Origin: an uncultured Pelagibacteraceae bacterium
Lineage (GTDB): Bacteria > Pseudomonadota > Alphaproteobacteria > Pelagibacterales > AG-422-B15
Assembly (NCBI GenBank): GCA_902577765.1
Contig: CACHAK010000001.1
Location: 117,151-181,150 of the forward strand
Length of the DNA: 64,000 bases
Direction of reading: 5' to 3'
Shown piece after piece: positions 30,145 to 38,233 of this stretch. The notes below the pieces were generated by a model. It searched no databases. It saw only the letters and a program-made list of their open reading frames with translations, and was not told the origin of the DNA. Made by a program: the position numbers and the translations under genes. Each line of letters starts with the position of its first letter. The first letter of the stretch is position 1.

Positions 30145-30310
30145 GTTTCAATGTTGGTTCGCGTAAAGTGAATAAAAGAGAATAGAGTGAAAGCCTCTAA
30201 CTGTACCCGCAACTGTAATTACGAAGTTTAATTACGAATACCACTGAAGAAATTTCGGGAAGGTGTAATTAAGCATTGACGTATAAGTCAGGAGACCTAC
30301 CAGCAGAATT
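30145..30310 (+). promoter_or_regulatory. Cobalamin (B12) riboswitch aptamer
   Basis: Conserved core strings occur in canonical order: GGTTC 30156-30160, AAAAGAGAA..AGTGAAAGCCTC 30174-30197, CTGTACCCGCAACTGTAA 30201-30218, CCACTG 30241-30246, GGGAAGGT 30257-30264, and the B12 box AGTCAGGAGACCTACCAGC 30286-30304. It lies upstream of a BtuB-like gene. The boundaries are approximate. Confidence 0.85.
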
Positions 30311-30432
30311 CAGTCATCCTCAAGTAATCGGGATAATTATTTGGTCTTTTCAAAGGTTGTGGTGGCTTTTTTTAACCACTGCAACAAACAATATTTCAGT
30401 ATTGTATTGTAGCACTGAACCAAGGAGGTTGT

Positions 30433-32205
30433 ATGCATAAGTTTATTGTAACTTTAATATTATTAAATATGTTTAGTGTTTTTTTAGCTGCCGATGAAGT
30501 AAGAACACTAGTGATCACCCCGAGTGGATATGAAACTCAAATAAATAAAGTAGGTGGTAGTGTTACTGTAATTTCTTCAGAAGAAATTACTAATAGTGGA
30601 CATCAAACAGTGAGTGAAATATTAAATATGGTTCCAGGCATTCACTCTGTATCTACTGGTTTTGGTGGTACAGTATCCCTTTTTTCTCGTGGACATGACT
30701 CTGATATGACAAAGATAATGTTAGATGGAGTTGATCTTAATGATCCCTCTGCATTTGGAACGACTGCTGTTCTTTCCACGCTAATGTTAAACAATATAAG
30801 TCGAATAGAGATCGTGAGAGGACCTCAAAGTTTAATTTCAGGTGCGGATGCTATGGGTGGAGTTATTAATATAATTACCAATAAGAGTATTACTGAAAAT
30901 TCAGTTTCAGCAACTACTGGTAGCAACAGCACTCATAGCGCAACTGTCAAGATAGGTACAAAACAAAATGATTTTAAAGTAAATTTGAATCTTAGTAAAT
31001 TTCAGACAAAAGGTATTAATGTTCGAACTGCAGGTAACATCGATGACGATGGATTTGACCAAACTTCGATGAATCTGGCAGTTAATCGTGATTTTAACGA
31101 TGTTAGGGTAAAATTTAATTATAAAAATCAGGCTGGCAGAGTTGAGTATGATGAATCTACTTCTCAAGCAAGACCAATATATGCCGATAATGATTATATT
31201 TTTTTGAACACAGGAATTGATTACGAATACTCCCCCAATACTCTACTGAGTATCGAATATAATAAATCAGACTTCGATCGAAGAGATAATGGTCAATGGG
31301 GTAGTACTAATTATTTCTCAAAAGTTGAAATGTTAAAAGGCAAATCAAAAATTATTCATAATGGAAACATAGTTCTGGTAGGCATAGAAACAAAGTCTGA
31401 GCAATATTTGGGAACTTACGCGCCACCAAATAAGAATAGTGTAAGTGAACAAAGTTTCATAATTCAAAATGAATTTAATAATCAAAATACATCTATACTT
31501 GCAGGATTGAGATTTGATAATCATGAAGCCTACGGTAATTATACTACTTTCAAGGCTTCATTAAATCACCCTATTGAAGACGTTCCTGGACTTATCGTTA
31601 AAGCAAGTATTGGAACTGGTTTCAGAGCACCTACTTTAGGTGAACTATATGGTCAATTTAACGCTAATCAATCATTACAACCAGAAGAAAGTCTAGGATA
31701 TGAATTTGGATTTATTAATTATTTATCTTCTAAATTAGATTTTGGTTCAACTTATTTTAAAAGTGAAATTGAAGACGCGATTACTTATGGGTCTCCAACG
31801 TATTATAATGCTGGTGGAATATCTGAGCGCGAGGGAATAGAGACTTATATTAATATATATCCCTATGATAATTTTTCTCTAAAGGTAAATCATACTCATT
31901 TAACTACAGATGAAAAAGTATATGTAAGACGCCCGAACAATAAACTATCGTCATCAGCAAATTACAAATTAGATGATCAAATAGATATTTTTGGAAGTTT
32001 ATTAGTAGTTGAGGATCATTACGACGTGGGATCAGTAAAAATTGATTCTTTCCAGGTACTAGACGCTGGTATTAATTATGCACCAAATAAGAGTACAATT
32101 CTTAAATTTAAAATTAATAATTTAACCAATGAGCGTTATGAGCAAATTTCAGGGTATCCTGGATTACCTAGACAGATTTTCCTTGAATTGTTCAAGAATT
32201 TTTAA
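30433..32205 (+). CDS. btuB: TonB-dependent outer-membrane receptor, BtuB-like (cobalamin receptor candidate)
   Basis: Signal peptide, then the TonB box TLVITPSG (compare E. coli BtuB DTLVVTA). Plug-domain motifs IEIVRGPQS..GADAMGGVINIIT, a beta-barrel body and a C-terminal ...LFKNF. SD AAGGAGG at 30422-30428; B12 riboswitch upstream. Confidence 0.8.
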   Translation: MHKFIVTLILLNMFSVFLAADEVRTLVITPSGYETQINKVGGSVTVISSEEITNSGHQTVSEILNMVPGIHSVSTGFGGTVSLFSRGHDSDMTKIMLDGVDLNDPSAFGTTAVLSTLMLNNISRIEIVRGPQSLISGADAMGGVINIITNKSITENSVSATTGSNSTHSATVKIGTKQNDFKVNLNLSKFQTKGINVRTAGNIDDDGFDQTSMNLAVNRDFNDVRVKFNYKNQAGRVEYDESTSQARPIYADNDYIFLNTGIDYEYSPNTLLSIEYNKSDFDRRDNGQWGSTNYFSKVEMLKGKSKIIHNGNIVLVGIETKSEQYLGTYAPPNKNSVSEQSFIIQNEFNNQNTSILAGLRFDNHEAYGNYTTFKASLNHPIEDVPGLIVKASIGTGFRAPTLGELYGQFNANQSLQPEESLGYEFGFINYLSSKLDFGSTYFKSEIEDAITYGSPTYYNAGGISEREGIETYINIYPYDNFSLKVNHTHLTTDEKVYVRRPNNKLSSSANYKLDDQIDIFGSLLVVEDHYDVGSVKIDSFQVLDAGINYAPNKSTILKFKINNLTNERYEQISGYPGLPRQIFLELFKNF

Positions 32206-32262
32206 GAAGTTTAGAGTTGTATTAAACATTGCATAAAATAGTTCATTTAATATATTGATGTT

Positions 32263-32790
32263 ATGATAAAAAGTCACTTGAACATTGTTACTATTTTTAC
32301 ATTAATAATACTTTTGGCTATGAGCAGACTGGTGCCTCATCCACCAAATTTTACTCCGATTATTGCCATGGCTGTTTTATCGGGAGCCTTTTTAAATAAT
32401 AGGCTTTTATCTTTTACATTCCCTTTGCTTGCAATGTTTATAAGTGATTTATTTCTTGGATTTCATTCAGGCATGTTTGTAGTTTATTTTTCAATTGCAA
32501 TTTGTATATTTTTAGGATTTTTAATTTCCAAGAAACCGAGCTTGATAAATTCTATAATAGCACTATCAGCTAGTGTATTTGTATTTTACGTGATAACTAA
32601 TTTTTCCGTATGGTACAATTCGGGCCTCTATCCTCAAACAATCGAGGGATTAATTTCGTGTTACATTTTAGCATTACCCTTTGTTCAAAATACTTTGGTT
32701 TCAACACTATTTTTTGGGCTTGGATCTTTTTTTGTTTACGATAAGCTTCAAAAATATCTAATTTTTAGCACAAAAAATCAGAATAGTTAG
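32263..32790 (+). CDS. Small six-helix membrane protein, DUF6580/BtuM-like candidate inner-membrane corrinoid transporter
   Basis: 175 aa with ~6 predicted TM helices and the motif RLVPHPPNFTPIIAMAVLSGAFL after TM1. It lies 57 nt downstream of the BtuB-like gene on the same strand. Family assignment is from memory only. Confidence 0.5.
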   Translation: MIKSHLNIVTIFTLIILLAMSRLVPHPPNFTPIIAMAVLSGAFLNNRLLSFTFPLLAMFISDLFLGFHSGMFVVYFSIAICIFLGFLISKKPSLINSIIALSASVFVFYVITNFSVWYNSGLYPQTIEGLISCYILALPFVQNTLVSTLFFGLGSFFVYDKLQKYLIFSTKNQNS

Positions 32791-32844
32791 TTGAATAACG
32801 ATATTTAAAACATTATATCAATAGTATAATTATAAGGAGATTCT

Positions 32845-34047
32845 ATGGACACCGCGTTTTCAAGTGAAGATTTAAAGTTTCAAAGTGAAATAAGGGATTT
32901 TATTAAAACCAATTACCCGCAAGAACTTAGAGACTCAATTAATTCAAAAAGGAAATTAGGTAAAGAACTTTCAAGGGAAGATCTTACGGCTTGGCATAAG
33001 ATTTTAGGAAAGCACAACGGCTGGTCAGCACCAAGTTGGCCTAAACAATATGGTGGCGCTGAATTTACTCCTACACAAAAATATATTTTCGAACAAGAAT
33101 GTGCAAAAGCTGAATGCCAATACATAATGCCATTTGGAATCAACATGGTTGGTCCAGTAATTTATACCTTTGGAAATGAAGAGCAAAAAGCTCAACACTT
33201 ACCTGGAATTTTGAGTGGTGAAGTTTTTTGGTGCCAGGGTTACTCAGAGCCTGGCTCAGGTTCGGATCTTGCCTCATTAAAAACAAGCGCTGTGAAGGAA
33301 GGCGACCATTATATCATTAATGGACAAAAAACTTGGACTACAATGGCACAGTATGCAGATTGGATTTTTTGTTTAGTAAGAACTAATCCAGATGCTGAAA
33401 AACCTCAACAAGGCATTTCATTTCTTTTGATTGATATGAAAACTCCTGGTGTAACAGTTAGACCAATCAAGCTTATGGATGGATCTCATGAGGTGAATGA
33501 AACTTGGTTTGATAATGTCAAAGTTCCAGTAGAAAATTTAATTGGTCAAGAAAACATGGGTTGGACGTATGCAAAATTTTTATTAGCTCATGAAAGATCA
33601 GGTATTGCCGGTGTTGCAAGATCTAAGAAAGCAATAGAAAGAATTAAGCAAATTGCAAGCTCTGAAATGTCATACGGCGAACCTTTAATTCAAGATCCAG
33701 CATTCAAGGCAAAAATAGCAGCTGCAGAATTAGAGTTATCAGCACTTGAATACACTGAATTAAGAACGCTCGCAAAGGACTCTGCAGGTAAAGGTCCTGG
33801 GCCAGAGTCTTCTCTTTTAAAGATTAAAGGAACAGACATTCAGCAAGCTGTTACTGAGTTGGCCATGGAAGCTGTTGGATATTATGCAAATCCTCACCTA
33901 GGCACAACTTTGAGTAATGAATATGTCGGTCCAGACTACGCTACGAACCTATCAGGAACATATTTTAACTTTCGTAAAGCATCTATTTATGGAGGATCTA
34001 ACGAAATTCAAAGAAATATCATAGCTAAAATGGTCTTAGGACTTTAG
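32845..34047 (+). CDS. Acyl-CoA dehydrogenase with IVD-type Glu-Arg (putative alpha subunit)
   Basis: GYSEPGSGSDLASL, WTTMAQ, LLAHERSGIAG, and C-terminal IYGGSNEIQRNII. SD AAGGAG upstream. Confidence 0.85.
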   Translation: MDTAFSSEDLKFQSEIRDFIKTNYPQELRDSINSKRKLGKELSREDLTAWHKILGKHNGWSAPSWPKQYGGAEFTPTQKYIFEQECAKAECQYIMPFGINMVGPVIYTFGNEEQKAQHLPGILSGEVFWCQGYSEPGSGSDLASLKTSAVKEGDHYIINGQKTWTTMAQYADWIFCLVRTNPDAEKPQQGISFLLIDMKTPGVTVRPIKLMDGSHEVNETWFDNVKVPVENLIGQENMGWTYAKFLLAHERSGIAGVARSKKAIERIKQIASSEMSYGEPLIQDPAFKAKIAAAELELSALEYTELRTLAKDSAGKGPGPESSLLKIKGTDIQQAVTELAMEAVGYYANPHLGTTLSNEYVGPDYATNLSGTYFNFRKASIYGGSNEIQRNIIAKMVLGL

Positions 34048-34053
34048 TACCTT

Positions 34054-34082
34054 TTGACATATTTACTGTCATAACTTATAAC
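34054..34082 (+). promoter_or_regulatory. Candidate sigma70-type promoter (TTGACA-17 nt-TATAAC)
   Basis: TTGACA at 34054-34059 and TATAAC at 34077-34082 with a 17-nt spacer, 9 nt upstream of the ATG at 34091. Sequence match only. Confidence 0.3.
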
Positions 34083-34090
34083 GCTTTTTT

Positions 34091-35269
34091 ATGAATTTTG
34101 ATTACACCGAGGAACAGACCTTGCTGGACAACATGGTTACTTCTTTTGTAAGAGATAATTATGATTGGGACACTCGTTGCAACATTGTCAAATCAGAAGA
34201 GGGATGGAAAGAAGAAAATTGGAAACAATTTGCAGAACTTGGTCTTCTAGGGGTTCCATTTGATGAAGCTTACGGAGGGCTTGGTGGAAAATCTGCTGAT
34301 TTAATGATTGTTATGGAACAGTTTGGAAAAGGACTCGTTGTTGAACCATATTTACCAACTGTAATATTAGCTGGTGGATTGATATCAAAACTTGGATCTG
34401 AGGGGCAAAAGAATTCGATAATACCAGAAATAATCTCAGGAAATATTAGATGTGCGTTTGCATATGCTGAGCCACAAAGTAGATTTGATTTAAATGATGT
34501 AAAAACGTCAGCCGCACTTAACGGAAATGACTATGTATTAAATGGATTTAAGTCTGTGGTATTTGGAGCAGGTATGGCTTCACACCTAATTATTTCTGCA
34601 AGAACTGAAGGAGAGCAAAGATCTGAGTCTGGAATTACATTATTTATTGTTGATACAAAGTCTGAGGGACTTACACTGCAAAACTATCCAACAATTGATG
34701 AATACAGAGCCTCAGAAGTTATCATTGAGAATCTAAAAGTTTCAAAAGATAATGTTTTAGGAAAAATTAATATGGCTTACGATGCCATTGAGGAAATTGT
34801 AGATATAAGCACTATTGCTGCATGCTCTGAAGCAGTTGGTATCTTGCAAGTTTTAAAAGACTCTACAACTGAATATTGCAAAAATCGGAAACAATTCGGA
34901 CAGTCAATTGCTAAAAATCAGGTTATACAGCACCGTCTTGTGGATATGATGATTGAGTATGAACAGGCTAAGTCAATTCTTTACATGGCAGTGACAGCGG
35001 ATTTGAGTAATTCAGATGAACGAAGAAAAGCAGTATCAGCTGCTAAAGCACGTATAGGTAAAGCAATAAAATTTGTAGGCGAAAGCGCTATTCAATTGCA
35101 TGGTGGAATGGGCGTTGTTGATGAATATATGGTAAGTCACTATTTTAAAAGGGCGACAATGATCGGTGTATTATTTGGAAACACTGATTATCATATGAAA
35201 AGATATATGACACTTACCCAATCAGGTATTTCATCATCTGACGAAGCAATTTCAGTCAGTGTAACTTAA
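34091..35269 (+). CDS. Acyl-CoA dehydrogenase-fold protein, apparently lacking a catalytic base (putative beta subunit)
   Basis: ACAD fold (FAYAEPQSRFDL, FGQSIAKNQVIQHRLVDM, LHGGMGVVDEY). It has VDISTIAACSEAVG (no Glu-Arg) and LFGNTDYHMKR at the C-terminal motif. Confidence 0.8.
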   Translation: MNFDYTEEQTLLDNMVTSFVRDNYDWDTRCNIVKSEEGWKEENWKQFAELGLLGVPFDEAYGGLGGKSADLMIVMEQFGKGLVVEPYLPTVILAGGLISKLGSEGQKNSIIPEIISGNIRCAFAYAEPQSRFDLNDVKTSAALNGNDYVLNGFKSVVFGAGMASHLIISARTEGEQRSESGITLFIVDTKSEGLTLQNYPTIDEYRASEVIIENLKVSKDNVLGKINMAYDAIEEIVDISTIAACSEAVGILQVLKDSTTEYCKNRKQFGQSIAKNQVIQHRLVDMMIEYEQAKSILYMAVTADLSNSDERRKAVSAAKARIGKAIKFVGESAIQLHGGMGVVDEYMVSHYFKRATMIGVLFGNTDYHMKRYMTLTQSGISSSDEAISVSVT

Positions 35270-35276
35270 ATAAACT

Positions 35277-36179
35277 TTATTCAGCAAGTTTTTTAAATAT
35301 GTGAGCTGTATGCTCAGCACCTGTTTTGAGAGCCTTACCACCATCCATATTCGATGCTTCAGCCCACTTTTCAGCTAACATATCCGCATTAAGTTCATCG
35401 CCTTTAAGAGCAACCCCTTGTGAATGAACTATCTCAGCAGAAGCAAATACACCAGCACCGGCTGATATCATTGCACCATTCGGCGCATCTTCTGATGCCA
35501 TAAACATGACCGCAGGCGATACAGTTTCTGGTTTCAAACTGTCAAAAACCGCATCTGGCATTCCTAAATTTTCTGTCATTCTTGTTGCTGCAACAGGAAT
35601 TAGAGAATTTACTCTAATATTATATTTCATACCTTCAATTTTAAGAGTATTCATTAGTCCAACAACTCCCATTTTAGCTGCACCGTAATTCGATTGTCCA
35701 AAATTTCCAAATACGCCAGAAGATGAAGATGTCATAATAATTCTTCCATAATTTTGTTCTGTCATAATTGGCCAAACCGCTTTTGTACAATAAACAGAAC
35801 CCATCATATGAACGTTTACTACAAACTCGAAATCATCAAGTGTCACTTTTGCAAAAGATTTGTCTCTTAGAACACCTGCATTATTCACTAAAATATCTAC
35901 ACGACCAAAGGCAGCCATTGTATCATCAACTAATTTTTTCACGCCTGCTTTATCAGTTACACTTGATCCATTAGAAATTGCCTCACCGCCCATTGCTTTT
36001 ATTTCATCAACTACCTTATCAGCAGCTTCACTTGATCCACCAGTACCATCAACAGAACCACCTAAGTCATTTACGACAACTTTAGCTCCTCTTTTTGCAA
36101 ATTCCAATGCATGACATCTTCCAAGTCCGCCACCTGCGCCTGTAACTATTGCAACTTTATCATTAAAATTAATTGTCAT
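35277..36179 (-). CDS. SDR-family 3-hydroxyacyl-CoA dehydrogenase, MFE-2/HSD17B4 N-domain type
   Basis: VAIVTGAGGGLGRxxALxFAxRGAKVVVNDLGG, NNAGVLRD, and the YGAAK catalytic Tyr-Lys; 300 aa. Confidence 0.85.
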   Translation of the reverse strand: MTINFNDKVAIVTGAGGGLGRCHALEFAKRGAKVVVNDLGGSVDGTGGSSEAADKVVDEIKAMGGEAISNGSSVTDKAGVKKLVDDTMAAFGRVDILVNNAGVLRDKSFAKVTLDDFEFVVNVHMMGSVYCTKAVWPIMTEQNYGRIIMTSSSSGVFGNFGQSNYGAAKMGVVGLMNTLKIEGMKYNIRVNSLIPVAATRMTENLGMPDAVFDSLKPETVSPAVMFMASEDAPNGAMISAGAGVFASAEIVHSQGVALKGDELNADMLAEKWAEASNMDGGKALKTGAEHTAHIFKKLAE

Positions 36180-36188
36180 GTATAACTC

Positions 36189-36854
36189 CTATTCGATTAA
36201 TTCCGTTAACTGAGAAAAATTGTTTATAACTAAATCAGCATCATTGTAAATATTTTTATTATCAGTATATCCATAACCCACCAAAACAACGGGCATATTT
36301 GCATTGTGGCCAGCATTTAAATCTGTTGCACTATCCCCAATCATTATTGACTCATCTTCGCTTACATTTAATTTTTTACATATCTCAATCAGTGGAAATG
36401 GGTCAGGCTTACTTTTTGCAAATGTATCTCCACCAACGAGGTAGTCAAAGTAATGTAAGACCCCAAGTTTTTCTAACAACATATTACTTAGTTTTTCCAT
36501 TTTATTTGTACAAACTGCCAATTTTAATTTTTTAGATTTTATTAGCTTTAATACTGTTTCAACATTTTTAAATAATACACTATCGTCATCAATATTATGA
36601 GTATAGTGAAGCAGAAATATTTTTAACATCTCATTAATTTTATTATCATCATGAGGAATATTTTTTGTTATTACAGTTCTTCTAATTAATTCACGAGCTC
36701 CATATCCAACTAAATTCCTTATTTCCTCCAATGTGACAAGCGGTTCATTAAGCTCTGATAGCATATAATTCAGAGAATTCTTAAAGTCTGGAGCTGTATC
36801 AACTAGAGTTCCATCTAGGTCAAATATGAAGAGTTTCTTATTTTTTAAATTCAT
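36189..36854 (-). CDS. HAD-superfamily phosphatase (phosphoglycolate phosphatase-like)
   Basis: HAD motif I FDLDGTLVDT, motif II CTNK, motif III KPDP...GDSATD. Confidence 0.75.
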   Translation of the reverse strand: MNLKNKKLFIFDLDGTLVDTAPDFKNSLNYMLSELNEPLVTLEEIRNLVGYGARELIRRTVITKNIPHDDNKINEMLKIFLLHYTHNIDDDSVLFKNVETVLKLIKSKKLKLAVCTNKMEKLSNMLLEKLGVLHYFDYLVGGDTFAKSKPDPFPLIEICKKLNVSEDESIMIGDSATDLNAGHNANMPVVLVGYGYTDNKNIYNDADLVINNFSQLTELIE

Positions 36855-36931
36855 TTTCTTTGAGTAAATCTATGAAATAAAATTTTACGATACAATTAAT
36901 GGCATATTGGTTATTTTCCAAAAAAAATTCA

Positions 36932-38233
36932 ATGAAAAATTTAGAAATAATAATACTTGCCGCAGGTAAGGGCACAAGGATGAAATCAAGTAAACCCAAA
37001 ATACTTCATGAATTGGGCGGTAAGCAAATAATTGATTATGTGATCGATGCGTCAATTAAATTGAAGCCAAAAAGAATTCACCTTGTTGTAAATAACCAAA
37101 TTAAAAAAAATTTTAAAGAATATAACAATTTAAATATTGTTATTCAAAAAAAACAGAACGGTACCGGTGATGCAATAAAGTCTGCTATAAAAAGTCTTGA
37201 AAAAGATTCAGTTACTCTAGTTCTTTACGGTGACGTCCCTCTTATAAAACATAAAACTATTCTTAATGTCTCAAAAATCAAGACAAACATAGTTAATTTA
37301 TTATGTTTCAATAAAGAAGAAAGAAATAACTACGGTAAAGTAATATTAGGTACTGATGGCTTGATTAATCAGGTGATTGAGCAAAAAGAGCTAAAGAAAA
37401 ACGAAAATTACTACTTATGCAATTCAGGGATCTTTGCTATCGAGACAAAGCTATTAAGTTCTTTGTTACCTAAATTAAATAATAATAATAAGAAGAAAGA
37501 ATTTTATTTAACTGATATATTTAATTTGGCATTTAAAAAAGGCGTAAAAATTTATCCAATAGAAACAGCTGAGACAGAAGTTATGGGTGTAAATGACAAA
37601 AATGATTTATCGATGGTTGAAAAAGAAATCCAAAATGAATTGAGATCCAAGTACCTTACTGCAGGGGTGACCATGAGAGATCCTGATACTGTATATTTAT
37701 CGAAAGATACTAAAATTGGAAAAGATGTTACAATTCATCCATTTGTGATTATAGGAAAAAATGTCGTTATTGGTAACAATACTGAAATTCACTCATTCAG
37801 CCATATTGAAGATTGTAAGATTGGAAACGAAGTCAGTATTGGACCTTATGCAAGAATAAGACCAGGCACACAACTAAATAACAATGCTAAGGTTGGTAAT
37901 TTTGTAGAAATTAAAAATTCAAAAGTAGACAAGGGGTCAAAAATTAATCATTTGTCATATATTGGTGATACAGAAATTGGTAAAAAGGTTAACGTGGGAG
38001 CTGGCACTATTACTTGCAATTACGATGGTACCTCAAAATTCAAAACAGTTATCAAGGATAAAGCATTTATAGGTTCAAATTCATCTTTAGTGGCTCCGTT
38101 AATTGTAGGAAAGAATGCATATATTGGTTCTGGTTCAACTATAACTAAACAAGTAGTTGAGAACAGTCTTGCAGTTGAAAGATCATCTCAAAAGACGGTA
38201 AAAAATTGGTCAAATAAAAAAGGGCGAAAGTAA
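36932..38233 (+). CDS. glmU: Bifunctional UDP-N-acetylglucosamine pyrophosphorylase / GlcN-1-P N-acetyltransferase
   Basis: LAAGKGTRMKS, and a left-handed beta-helix hexapeptide-repeat C-terminal half. The start is set at MKNLEIIILAAG (36932) rather than 36899. Confidence 0.9.
   Translation: MKNLEIIILAAGKGTRMKSSKPKILHELGGKQIIDYVIDASIKLKPKRIHLVVNNQIKKNFKEYNNLNIVIQKKQNGTGDAIKSAIKSLEKDSVTLVLYGDVPLIKHKTILNVSKIKTNIVNLLCFNKEERNNYGKVILGTDGLINQVIEQKELKKNENYYLCNSGIFAIETKLLSSLLPKLNNNNKKKEFYLTDIFNLAFKKGVKIYPIETAETEVMGVNDKNDLSMVEKEIQNELRSKYLTAGVTMRDPDTVYLSKDTKIGKDVTIHPFVIIGKNVVIGNNTEIHSFSHIEDCKIGNEVSIGPYARIRPGTQLNNNAKVGNFVEIKNSKVDKGSKINHLSYIGDTEIGKKVNVGAGTITCNYDGTSKFKTVIKDKAFIGSNSSLVAPLIVGKNAYIGSGSTITKQVVENSLAVERSSQKTVKNWSNKKGRK

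Noticed and set aside
30111-30212. N-terminal 34-codon extension of the PMM/PGM ORF (MRVQLEAFTLF… in the ORF track)
   Set aside because: It runs antisense through the 5' part of the cobalamin riboswitch and has no PGM similarity. The conserved protein starts at MEIFENQ (30110).
30356-30385. Hairpin downstream of the riboswitch as an intrinsic terminator
   Set aside because: The T-run lies in the loop (30367-30373) and not 3' of the stem, and the stem contains G-U pairs. It is more likely part of a translational expression platform, so it is not called as a terminator.
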